From NCBI GenBank assembly GCA_907165135.1, contig OU015566.1, positions 8,370,001 to 8,434,000 of the forward strand: a stretch of 64,000 nt of DNA, read 5' to 3'. Shown here piece after piece: positions 34,735 to 47,096 of this stretch (its first letter is position 1; each line of letters begins with the position of its first letter). Under the pieces are notes generated by a model. The model had not been told where the DNA came from. It did no database searches and saw only the letters and a list, made by a program, of their open reading frames with translations. The position numbers were made by a program, and so were the translations under genes. Source of the DNA: Oikopleura dioica. Taxonomy: Eukaryota > Animalia > Chordata.

Positions 34735-37700
34735 ATGAAAATAGTGGCCGCAAAATTAACCAAATCGACGATCGAAGAAAACAAGGATCTGGGAAAGATG
34801 GACTGGGAAAAAGTCTCGAAGGTTGTTCGATGCACGGTCAACGCTGACCTTGAAGGTAAGTCGATTAACCATGGCCTGCTTGTTCAGTTTTGATCTGATT
34901 AAAGATAAACCACTTATCCATAATCGATGATATTGCCTTCTATCAAATCATGGTCAAAACATTTGATTCAATATTTACAAGGCTTTTCCGCCAAAAGCTA
35001 CAAAATCATTAATGTCAATTGAATAACTTATGCTCCTGCATTTGTCGTGAAAATTACTTAGTTTTCTTTTCATGGCAATATAACTGTTGCTTTTCGGCCA
35101 GTTGAACATTTAGATCTTTCCTTGACGGCGTACCTCAATACTTGAATATTATTAATACCGAGTTAGCATATTTTTAAATATTCATTTTTGAGAAAATGCC
35201 AGGAAGTGTCGAATTAGAAGTTTAAACTCCCCTTTTCAGATGGAAACATCAATTTCGGAAATCAGCGTCCAGGAGCCAGCAAGTTCAGGTCCGCAATCGC
35301 CAGCACTGTGCAGCAAAACCGATCCAAAATATTACAACTGTCGAAGTTGAAAATGAAAGGCACACAAGACAGTATTCAAAGGTAAGCTCTGGCGATTATT
35401 GATTTCACTTGACCGCAGAAAATATGCCTGATTGTCAAATAACCGCCACCTGTGACGCGAAAAAAACAGGAATAAAATAAATCATTGGATTTTAGTATGA
35501 AGAATGCCGAGAGCTTTGAATCAAACACGACGGGGTTAACTGTACCTGCGCGTAGATTGTCGAGAAAATTATCGACGGCTTCCGAATTGAATTTTGCGTC
35601 GGAATTGACGACAAGAAGTCCCTCAAGAGTTAATTTGGTCAGGAAGGAAAGCTCTACAGAAGTTCAAGGAAGGGCTTTAAAAAGAATCTTTTGATGAAGT
35701 TCGTGTGGTCAATCAATACGTTACTCAAGACGAAAGAAACCTAGTTGTGATAAAAATTAAACCCAAAATAAGGCGCTTCACTTGGGCAAGGTCGGAGTTT
35801 CTCCCAAAGGACGAGTCTCGTCTCCAACATGGCAGGTGCCGCCAAACAGCTAGTGGAGAGCAATAATTCCGTTGTTGACAAGTTGCACAACAGCAGCCAG
35901 GATTATCCTTCATCAGGTCAAGGTCCTGTCTCATCCTCATTATCCGCAAGTCTCTTTTTGATACATTTTAATACTAAAACACGCGGCCCATTAATAACGA
36001 AATTAAAACGAGATAATGCAATTGGACCCGCTGAGAGACATCGAAAAACAGAGAATGGATGCTGAGGTGAGTTTTTTTGTCGGAGATTTTATCTGAAATT
36101 TGATAAACAGCTCTCATAGAGTCTCAAAACTTGTCTTTTTCCTAGTAAAAAATTCTTTTAATATATTTATATATTTGCAATATTTTTTTCACTCTATTTT
36201 TTTCACTCTATTTTTTTCACTCTCGACTAGTTCTCGAGTGATTATTTGAGAGAATCTCTCAGAGAGATGGGAAATTTGATTCACTTTTGACGATGGAGAT
36301 CAATCTTGGCTGTGGCCTTAAACTTTCGGTTCAGAAAAACGCGACGAACAAGGGCACCCTGATAAGGACAGAAGCGGTGGAGCGGTTTACTCCGACAGAT
36401 TCGAGAGCCAACACCATCGGTAAATTATGCATTTGCTGATTTATTTTTATGTGACGTTCAGATTCGGACAAAGCAACGCCGCCTCTTCCGACATTATGCA
36501 ACACTATAAACGGAGTAAGCTCCCCTCGTTCTATTCATGAGCTGCGTGGCTTACTCAACTCTCCTTTACGACGCAGCCGGACAAATTCATCTATCTCGCC
36601 GACTTCAAGTTTACGTCCACCGAAGCACAGCCCATCTAAAAACTCGCTAAAATCATCAGAGAGCGGTTCTTCTACCACATCAATGACAGTAAGAGAGGGC
36701 GAGTACGAAGATGGATTTATTGACATTTTGTTGGAAAAATTCTCCGACAGTTTTGGTTTCGTCGTTTTGACGAAGCCGTTCGAAAGGAATGGTCAGAAAC
36801 GAATAGTTTTATTAGATTTAATCAAGAACGTTTTCTAAATCGAATTGGCATGGGTTTGTTGGTAGTGACTTTTGCTCCTCGGAAGAGGGCATTGACTTCG
36901 TCCATTGCAGGTGCATTCTCGCCCGGCAAAACATCGTATTTGACCAAAACATTGGCGATGAAGATTTTTATGGCAACAAATGCCCATCTCACAGCTGGAC
37001 AAGCTCGTGGGCCTATACCAAAGCCGAACCAGTAGTCATCTTGGAGGGTATTTGATTCATTGTTGTCGAATCGGTGAGGATCGAACGCGTCCGGATTAGG
37101 GTAGTAGTCTGGATTTCGATGAACTGTTTTGGGCAGGAACATCACAGAGCTACCCTTTTCAACCTGCAATCTAATGTGTGCACTCGTATTTCTAAGGGGA
37201 ATCTTACCTTGACCCCGGCGACCTCGCAGTCCTCATCGGCTTCTCTCAAGAAGAAAAGAAATGTGAAATAGCGTTGAGTTTCTTTGATACAAGCATCGAG
37301 AAACTTGACTTTCTTGAGCCCATCGTAAGATAAGTCAGTTTCCTCGAGCAACCCGCGAATTTCGTCTTGTAGCTCGGGTTTGTGAGACAAAGCAAAGAGG
37401 AAGAATGATAGAACATTTGCTGTTGTATCTTGCCCGGCAAATTGGAATATCAACGCTTGTGCCAAAATTTCGCCCTTGAAATATTCATTTATATTCGCTC
37501 TCATTTTTACGCTACCTTTGTGAATCCTTTAGAAGCAGTAAGCTCTTCAGATTCATCAATGATGTTTTCAGCCATCAGCGTAATCAGGTTTTTCTTTCCA
37601 TTCTTTTTGCCGTTTTCAATTATATCCGAGATTATGTTCCGGAAGAAAACGTCAGTCGAGTGTGGATAGCTCGTAACATTCAGCTTGAAACGGAGCCATT

Positions 37701-39310
37701 TTGGTAGCATCATCGATTTCGTTGCTTCAAATATTGTAGCTAATGGAATCTCAATTCTCATACCTTGTTTCCAATCAACCTCAAATAGAATACTGGCATG
37801 TTTGTAAAGATCTTCAGCGAGCTCTTCATTTTCTTTTGCATTTATCGCAAAGCCGGAAGCGAGAATCGCGCGCAAAGAAAAGTTGCTCGCGAAGTCTTTC
37901 GCATTGACATCTGTCTCATCGTTTTCAGGGATAAATTTCTCATCGAAGTACTCAAATAGATCGTTGATGATCAGGCAAATTTCTTTCAAATTATTTCCAG
38001 AGAAGAATGGAGCGATCGTGCTTCTCAGTCGTTTCCATTTCGGCCCTTCGGCGACAGTTAAGAAATCGGGGCTGATTTTACCAAACAAGTAGTTCGCGCT
38101 TTAATTAATGAAAATCAGTTCATCAAATGATTTCTTACCTGGTTCTTCCTCCTGTAGTGAAGTTATGAAATTTTTTCACGCAGACTTCTTTCCAAATAAC
38201 TGGGTCGCGGATCACAAGGGCAGGTGTGACCCCAAAGATGTAGATCCCAACTGCATCCATGGGAAAATCTTTACCAAGCTGAGTTCCATGGTCGCGAAAT
38301 GTTGATCTTGTGTTACCAATATCCTTGAAAGATGGCTTTGGTCCTGGTACACCTTTTCGTTCCCAATATTTCCACTTCTGTTGAACCCATAGATACCCAA
38401 TTACAGCGGCTCCACAAAATGAGGCAAGAACAAGATACGTTTTTCTTGGTACATTATTCTGAGCGTATAAAACTGCTGATTTTAAAACGTCTTTGGACAG
38501 CTCTAAATATAAAATTAACATGATAAAAAAAATATCATTCATACCAGGGATATCTTGAAGTGTCGGAATACAATACATTTTATCTTGCTTTGAGCTGAAT
38601 TTGAACTATCTGACACGATTTATGTATCTGAAAAAATCAAATATTGAAACAAGAGTTCATCAATGTTTACGATTGGGAAGCCGGGAATGTTTCATGATGG
38701 CTCACTGAAAGTTACTGGAGAGTCATTCGATCATTAAAAATGCTCCCCTTCGAGGCAAGATAAATAACTTGATTTTTGACCGCTAAAAGCTGTAAATTTG
38801 CGCACTACGTCGGCGACATAATGGCAGAATCGGCAGCAGCGCGAGTCGATTTGCGATACCGCGACAAGATCCTTTCTGTCAACGATGTGCCAGTAGAAGA
38901 CAAGTCACATGACCAGATTGTGCAGATTGTGCAGCAAGGTCGCGTCCTTAGATTAAGAATCAAGCGATTAATGAGCTGGCAGACGACAATTGAGAAGGAC
39001 GACGCCGGATTTGGCTTTGGGGTCAGAGGAGGCGCTGATTTTGAGCTTCCGCTCTATATTCTCAGGTATAAATAACACTATTTCGAAAGAAAAAAATTCT
39101 ATTTTAAGACTTCACGAGACAACAAATGAGATAAAGTTTCGTGGAATCCGTGTTGGAGACATTCTCCTGGCCGTCAATTCCGTCAACATCGCCTCGTTCA
39201 CCCATCAACAAACTGTCGATCTCATCAAGAAAAGCTTCCCGACATTGCATCTGAGACTTCGCCGCGGAAACGGAACTGTTCCCGCCTTATCCCGAGGCTT
39301 ATCGAGATGA
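34735..39310 (+). CDS. Reduced MAGI-like tandem-PDZ scaffold; first PDZ split by an intron containing a CYP gene
   Basis: LEKFSDSFGFVVLTK (about 36720-36770) continues at about 38800 as YVGDIMAESAAARVDLRYRDKILSVND...HDQIVQIV. A second PDZ follows: GFGFGVRGGADFELPLYILR...RVGDILLAVN...FTHQQTVDLIK...LRRGNGTVP, like the last two MAGI PDZs. The 5' exons and the junction across the CYP are unresolved. Confidence 0.65.
36181..36223. repeat. Three tandem copies of a 14-bp unit
   Basis: TATTTTTTTCACTC x3. Confidence 0.8.
36822..38578 (-). CDS. Cytochrome P450 (CYP3-clan-like), nested antisense
   Basis: TM anchor followed by GVPGPKP. I-helix FAGQDTT, K-helix ETQR, PHRF and heme motif FGIGPRACPA. Short GT-AG introns. 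Confidence 0.95.
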
Positions 39311-39784
39311 TATTGTCTCTAAAAAAGAAAATATTCTGTAATGCTCAAGTATCTTCAAGTTTATTTCCATATCGTTCAATTATTTTAATGAAAAAACGCA
39401 CGCCATTTTTAGCACTTGATGTCGCCACAAGTAAACATCATGAGTTGACAAGAGCACTCACCACAAGTGCTATGTTAACGTCTGTTAATATTTAAGTAAC
39501 AGAGATGATGCTCACTTTGGTTTAGAAGTAATTTAAGAGATAAAAGACTGCACCGCGATTTGACGGTCTTCCACTTTACAAGCCTTTTAGCTCAAGAAAA
39601 ATATTAATTCGACGTCAAGTGTGTTTTTAATGGCGCTGCGCGTTTTCATTGTCGGCTCGTTCGGTATTTAAAGCAATGTACAGTTATATCAGTCGAAATT
39701 CAACAAAAATAAATATTGAAAATCGTTAAAATATGTAAGCTATTTGCTTGAATATTAAATATTCAATCGGTATTGTCCACTGGA

Positions 39785-42700
39785 TCACTGGTTCATTAGC
39801 ATTTTGAGGTTATATTTCTTCTGGTGCGAGATCCTCGGCAATGGCTGGATCTTGGCGGGGTCTTCCATCTTTCTGATGTCGATCGGTACGTGCACGCGTT
39901 CACTGTTGACTTCTAGCGCCCAGTTCGGCCAGTCGTACTTTTCCATTTCAAAGCCCAGGGTTTCTTCGTTATCAATACTTAAAAATATGTAAAATTGACT
40001 GCAAAAAGAGCGATGGACAATAGACAGCTCAGCACTTTGAAAGAAGCAGTTGGTGTGAAAAGGAGGCTCGTCAGAGCTCTAAATGTTTAATGCAGAAACA
40101 GGATGGAAACAAACTAAACCGGACACCTACTTGAATTTATCGGCGATCTCTTGAGCCAGGCACTTGAGGTTTGTAAAGTATTCCTGGTCAATATAACCCA
40201 ATTCGAGGCCAAGTTTTGCTGCGTCGACCGATTGTACGATCTAAAAGAACAATTTAAACCCAAGTGTAAATAAAGTCTTCTTTTAGGATGAAATTTAGAT
40301 AGCTGTGCTATACGAGTGAGCCAAGGTCTTAGAGGTTCATTTCTAAAGAACGCAGCTTTGCGAATATCGCAGGATTAGTTGCGTTTTTTGAGATCAGTTT
40401 CGAATTCGAAATGGCGGCTCGGGTAGCGGAATGATCACCATATCAAAAACAATACAGACATTCTTCGACAATGAGCGGTAACTTGGCCTCTTTGTTTTGC
40501 TTTCAACAAAACGTGTCTTTTGTATTATCAAATTTCGCAGAATCGTCATTTCTTCTAAGATTTTATCCCTTACCTCGCATGCTCGCTTATTTGAGTATTT
40601 TTTGATGAACATGGAGGCTTCTCGCGTCGTTAATTCAATCTCATATTGCTTCATGAAATCGATGATGTGCTTCAAGATCGGCCTCTGCATTGGATCCGGA
40701 TGCCAACAAGCCAACATCACCTTGAAGTGAAGATTAGGTCTTCTATTCAGAATCTTTTAGCAAACCTTATACAGTGTCAAATCGCATTCTAACGGCTGTC
40801 TGCAACGAACACCCTTCTCAATATTAACAGCAAGCTCTAAACAAAGGGAGTCAGTAAGAACCCGACACTTGTTGAAATTCCCTGCCAAGGAGCTATACAA
40901 ACTCCATTTTATGTGAACATAGTGGTTTTAATTTCAAGGAGCTACCTGAGACTTGAAGTTGGTCATATGGCACGTGGCCTCTAGTTAGAATTTCCCAGTA
41001 TAAAATGCCAAATTGCCACATGAGACTTTCTTTCGTGAATTTCGTCTCGTCCCGAAGCGTTTCTGGAGCAAAGCATCGCATAATTTCAAGACCGTCCTCT
41101 TAAGATAATGTATAAAGAGATTTACTAGTTATCGAGATATTTACCCCTGGTTAAATCATGCATTTTAATTTTTGCTTCATCGGAGATATTTCGATAATCA
41201 TAAATAGACCCAATTCGGACGTCTTCGTTGGAGTCGATAATGATGTTGGCAGAAATGAACTAAAGTGACAATAAGTAAGAATTCAATAAAGAATATTTAA
41301 AAAAAATTCCTGATGCCGCATCAGTGATGCGAGAAATGGTCTGATGTAAGTCGTAATTCTCAAGAACGCCGGCCGGAAGTACCGGCTAAAACCTCTATTT
41401 AGCATGCGTATTTGGTTGTTCGACTTACTTCTCGATAGACAATGTTTTCCTTGGCAAGAAGATAAGCGCAGTCCAGTAGCTGGTTGAGCCATTTTAGAGC
41501 CTAAACAAGATCTCCTTTCCAAGGACAAGTGCGTATCCACTTACCAGTCGGTATGTGACTTCCTGGTGTTTGTTGCGCAAGACATCAAGCAACGAGCCCT
41601 TTGCTCGACCACCATAAATGAAGACAGGATTCATATCCGGTGTGTAGGTGATTCCGAATAGTTTTAGGAAATATTTATTTTCGCAGATTTTAGTTGTGTA
41701 AGCTTCTTTGAAGGCACTAAAAATTAAATTTAATTATCAGAATTCAGAGTTCATCTTACCCGAATACACCAGCATCCATATCAGAAACTTTGAGCGAGTA
41801 TCCATCTTCCTGTGAAACCAAAAAGACCTTGTTTCCCTTGTAGACGGAGTTGTTGATTCGATAGCTAAAAAAATTATTCAAAAAGAGCTAAACTAAAAAT
41901 AAATATTTTCATCCGAATTGGTCAACAAGAAAGCACTCTATTTTAAATCAAAGTCCAAAAACGCTTCGCTAGCGTCATCGGAGCTCCAAAAAAGCCGCTC
42001 GGTCACGACTTAGTGGGGAAGCTTATCGCTCATATACATTTCAAAACGATATTTTCTCCCTCGGCGTTGATCACTCGTTAGTTACACAGCTTTACTGCTG
42101 GTACTTGATAATGCAACGTGCTCCTGTTATTTTCCTGTTTGATGATGAAAAAAGCAACCGTTTATCATCTCCGTAAACTTACTTTGCACCAAGTGGAGCC
42201 TTGTCGGAAGGATTTTTGGTTACGACTCTAAGCTCGGTTGGTTCAATAATTTTCGGTCGAACCATCTGAAATGGAATAGTAAAACTTGAACAAATCATTA
42301 AAATTTTACATCTTCAATCTTCGGAAGTCCACTTCTGTTCATTTCAGCCAGTTCTTCCTTGAAAACCTTCACCGCCTTACTCGCCAACTCATCATCATCC
42401 CAAACTCGTTGTCCTTGTGCGCCTTGAACCTGTAAAACTCGTTTATTCGGGGGCTTTATAGATGTCCGTTCTTACCTCAACCTCGCGGCTTGCCTTGCTG
42501 GCCCGCACTTCGGTGGGGTTGGGCGGGGCTGATCCTTTGGCTGCCTCTTTGCCCTGCGTTTCTACTTTGACCGTCTTCTCATTTTCGGTCGAGACCTTGG
42601 ACGGATTCGGCGGAGCCATCGGTAGGTCCACTTGATTTGCAAATGCGGTCAGCCTGAAAATGTCGTTCTAATTTCGCCTTCTTTATTTTTAAAAAAGGCT

Positions 42701-44399
42701 CAAACTTAAGAAGATAGAGCCTAAATTTGAAAGGTGTCACGTACTTTTGGCGAACGTAGTTTCGGACCATCCGACTCCACTTTGAATCCGGCAAGAAGAT
42801 CATCTGCGTATCAATAGGCACGAAGACTAAGTAGATAAGGACTACATCAATCCACTTGAGCCGGATGAGAGGATCAGCCAGTGCCCTGAACAGCGAGGAT
42901 AACTTTTTTTCTCGAAATAATATTTTTATCCTCTAATAAAACTAGGCTGTTTCTTCTTCTTTGTTCAAAAGAAATTGCTTCTAAAATCGTTTTGCCTAAT
43001 CGATATGATTTCTAAACCAGTGCTTAACATGATTTCAAAAACTTTTGTGGGGCCGGAAATCGTAAAAACTGCAGGTGCAGTTTTCTTCAGCTCTTCGAGA
43101 CGAGTTGAATGATGGGTCTAACTCTTGATAACTCTAAGGATTTACCGGTTTACCGGCTGGTTACCGGAAAATTCGTTGTCACCGGCCGTTTTTGTTCTAG
43201 AAGTGGTAAATAGATGTTCGACCCAGGAAACTGTTCCTTATAATCAGTTCTATTGCAGGGTAAAAGATGAAAGTTCAACTCGTCTCGAGGAGCTGAAGAA
43301 AACTGCACTTGCAGTTTTTTTACGATTTCCGGCCCCACAAAAAGTTTTTTGAAATCATCTTAACCGGTTACTCGTGCTGTTGCTAATGTTCTACTAGGAA
43401 TGTTAGCTGTTCAGGAGCTTTGCAGGAATTGCTTTAATTTTTCACGGACATATAAGGTGTATATAACACCTCGTTAACATGAGACGGACTGTTGATCCTA
43501 ACTTACGCCCATTTTATAAGATGAATAATCTGCGCAGTAACCAGCTTCACCATGACGCCGATTCCGTCCAAGGCATCCATATCGTAGCCGATCTTTTTCA
43601 TTTCTTTGTACGAATTGATGGTGAAAATGACGATCAAAAGCATATTGAAGACTTCTGCTCCAAGTGATCCCCAGACATACCCTTTGATCGGAATCGCGTA
43701 TTGAAGAGTCGTTTCCGTTCCATTGTTATCCAAGTACTCAAAGCAAAATCCATTCGAATGACCAGTTGTGGAGTCGTTCTTCCCATTGTAAGCGAGTTGC
43801 GAGGCTTGAATGATCCAGACCCACTGGTAATTGAAATAACCAAAGGCGAGCAGAAATGGAACGAGGGTGAAAATTTGAAAGGCCGACACTTTCAAGTAGA
43901 AATTTCCTCGCATGTATAGCAATCTTAATTTCAAGTTAAAAAAGTTTAAAAGGCACAGTTTAGAGTACGCCACTTGCCAGACAGTGAAACCTTAGAGCGT
44001 ATAAGTTTCGCGTTTTGTTTAGGAGTCTAGTCTTATTAAAGGAACTTACCGATAATAGAGACGATATGACCACATGCACTGAAGGAGAAGCAACGGATAA
44101 AGAGCAGCGTTTGTCAAAAAGCAGAGCTGGAATAGAAAGCAGTGAGGACCAGGGACCTTAAGCCAACCAAGAAGGATAAAGATCGGGGCACCAATGAATC
44201 CAAGCATAAAAATCAAGAGCTGAAATCTCAAGTTTGTTGGCTTGAAGACATTGTGATCAGCAGCTTGGTAGTTCGGATCTTGGTAGGGCAGAATGCATTT
44301 TGGTCGGATATAGCTCCGCCAGAGCGTGAGGTAAACTGCAGTGTTGATAAGGCATAGAATTATGATAGAGATCAGCTTAGCAATTGTACTACCGGGCAT
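39785..44399 (-). CDS. Seven-TM (GPCR-like) domain fused to a tyrosine-kinase-like pseudokinase
   Basis: Exons from 44399 to about 40404 join in frame through GT-AG introns. They give seven hydrophobic segments followed by kinase subdomains (VYKG, LKLFGIT, LLDVL, FAPETL, WQFGILYWEILTRGHVPY, MLACWHPDPMQRP). The last exons, to the stop at 39785, need non-canonical donors. Confidence 0.78.
43028..43359. mobile_element. TTAA-flanked MITE (332 bp) inside intron 2 of the 7TM-kinase gene
   Basis: About 80-bp inverted repeats (43029-43110 vs 43274-43358) with few mismatches, and TTAA at 43024-43027 and 43360-43363. Confidence 0.85.
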
Positions 44400-44896
44400 A
44401 GCATGCTCGGTTAATTGCTTTTTGTGAGTAAACAAACATTTTTTAAAATGAATTTGATGATTTTAGTTAATCTCGGTTTGTGACTCTTTCCTGAGGATCC
44501 ATCGCGAAGCTCAATGTCTCCGTTCCGGGACTATGTCATTTAAAAAATTGCCCCTCTCAAGATTCAATTCTCTTTTCGTCGAATAAAAAAATTTTTCGTT
44601 AAAAAGCACTAGAAGCGCACGGCGAGGAAAAACCAGTACAACGAGATATTTTCGTCGATCGAGTTTACAGTGCTCCAGAATTGAGCGTGCCCGATCGATT
44701 CATAATTTGTAAAAATAAGGCCCTGTCAACAATCAATATATAGAACAGTTTTTACTATTGACGTGAAATGTCTACTCGACTCCGTTATTCTCCCAGACCT
44801 TGTCTGCAATTGTCGAAAATGAAAGTCATCAATTTATTCAAGATTTCTACAGAACTGTAGCAGAGGTATTCACAAAGGCGATCAAGTTAATTCAGC

Positions 44897-45983
44897 TCAA
44901 GCATCTGGTGTAGATGATAGTTCTAAAGCAGGAGGATCAAATTTAGGTTTATAAGCCTTTTCGAGGCTACTTGATTTGCGACTTGAGCTTTGTTCGCTTG
45001 CATCTTTCGCGGATTATTTCACACAAATGCGTTTTCACCTACATTATCGCGGCAAAGTCAAGTAGAATGCAGATGAAGACAATTGCTTCTATGTGGCCTT
45101 CATTTGGCACTTTTTGGCACTGCTCGGCGTTTTCGAGAAAATCGTTTATGTCATCATTTATCATCAGCGCGTAAATATCTATAATAATTTGTCAAATAAT
45201 GACTCGAGATGTGAGGACTTTAGGATGAAATTTGAAAAAGTAACTTACTTTCAGATTCTTCTAAAAAGTCATCGTAGACAGAAAATGATCTTCCAACAAT
45301 TTTGCATTCTATCGGGCATAAATTTTCCTGATTCACACAGTTGAGCGTCACTTTATGACGGTCGTTTCCAAGTTGAAAGAGTGGTTGAAGACCCACTGCT
45401 CCAACAGGATTTCCTTCTAATAAATGTTTACTGCAAGGGGATTCTTGAGCCAATTAACCTGCTTGGAAGAAATCAGAACAACAAAATCGCAATCGCAAAA
45501 GCCTCTCACAGAATTCATAAACAATTGTCCGTCCAGTGCCAAAATTTTTGATTTCTTGACACTTTTTCAATACAAAATCAATCTGTTTCTAGTCTCAACT
45601 TACTCTTAGACACCTAGTTGCAGTGCAAATATCTTCTTTCGTCAATTTATTACATCTCGTTTGTTTGAAATTAGAAAATGCTAAAGCTAAAAATATAAAT
45701 CTCATGCGTAGTGAGTGAAATTCGCCTCACGTAGTATAAATGTCAAATTTGCTTTCACGAAGCTGTTTTATGTTTGTGAAGCCAGTCACGAAATTTTCTT
45801 TCTTTGTTTCAAGATTTCCGAAAAGATTTAGCGTTTGATCCAATGTACTCGCATTCCAGTTTGATTTATCCGAGTCCGTGTTCCCATATTCAGGAGACTG
45901 TGACGACTATACTTTTAATTGAAACTTGCTGGCATTCGAACACAATCACAGGGTAACAGTGCGATTGATTTATGAGCACTGCG
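44897..45983 (-). CDS. Hypothetical protein with Cys-containing region and a near-C-terminal hydrophobic segment (5' end unresolved)
   Basis: Four exons join in frame with GT-AG: AVLINQSHCYPVIVFEC.. / GNPVGAVGLQPLF.. / IYALMIND..AIVFICILLDFAAI / SLEKAYKPK..*. Confidence 0.5.
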
Positions 45984-47096
45984 CTGAATATGTTTAAAAA
46001 GGTAATTTTGATCTTGAGATTTTAGAGAATAGAAGATGAGTCGTCAAAAACATGGTTAATGCAAGCTCAAGTTGATCTGTTAAACCGATAACGAAAGAAG
46101 CTGATCACGTTTATCTTACTTAGAACACCTCCCCACCCGTTCATATGAACGTCCACACATGTGCTTAGTAAGCTACGCTTGCAGTAGCGAAATTAGAGGC
46201 TGATCTCTGAATTTCAGTCAGAAACAGAAGTGACTTCAATCAAATTATCTTGCTTTCCAAGAAATTCTATCCATAGCGTCTTACGAGCTGGAATGTTCCG
46301 TTTCTCAGCTCCTCAAAAGATCAACTCATAAGAAGCAGGGTGCACCACGATAGTTTCGGATTTGGCGTCGGATATCCGTCTTCAAGAAACTCATCCAACA
46401 GGAAACCTAATCTGAAGCTGGCAGAAGCTTCGGCAAAGAAATTGCAGAAAACCGGATGACCTTGAAGAGAAAATATTTTAAGTCCGATCCGGATATGATA
46501 TTTTGCTTTCGTCAGCATGAAAAAACGACAATGCGGGTGGCTTAACTTTTAAGATCTGATTTTCCTAAAGAGATTTGCTGTTGGATTATTTTTTAAGTCC
46601 TTCTGAACGTGTGAATATGCCAACTCAGGTTTTTACCTTTCCTTGGCGACTTTTCCAACTTTGTCAAAAGAGCAAAGTTTTGTAGCTAAATCGATGTCAA
46701 CTTTGAATATGATCTTGAGAAACACGCTTCGTTAAACTCGATCCATATTCTTCAACGAAATATCTCCGTTGCGGCAATATCCCTGGAAAATAAATATCCA
46801 CGGTGAGCTACGCAAAGTCCAGTTTCTAACTTCAATTTCATCAGTCAAGTAACCAACTTCACTTTTGGTTGCAACTCGCTGGAGGATAATTCGCGGGGTA
46901 TCCATTTTCAAGACGAGCTCCACCGCCCGGACCTCTCCGGCAATTTTACCGCCACCTGCCGCCGTCTGCAATTCTCTTGACAATCAGCACCGAAGTATAT
47001 AAACTGGGCTTTGCTAAAAATACCCATCAGTATCTTTTTCAACCACTTCGGGAGAAGAGAAAGAGAATAAAAAAGAATTTTGAATAAAAGAATAAA

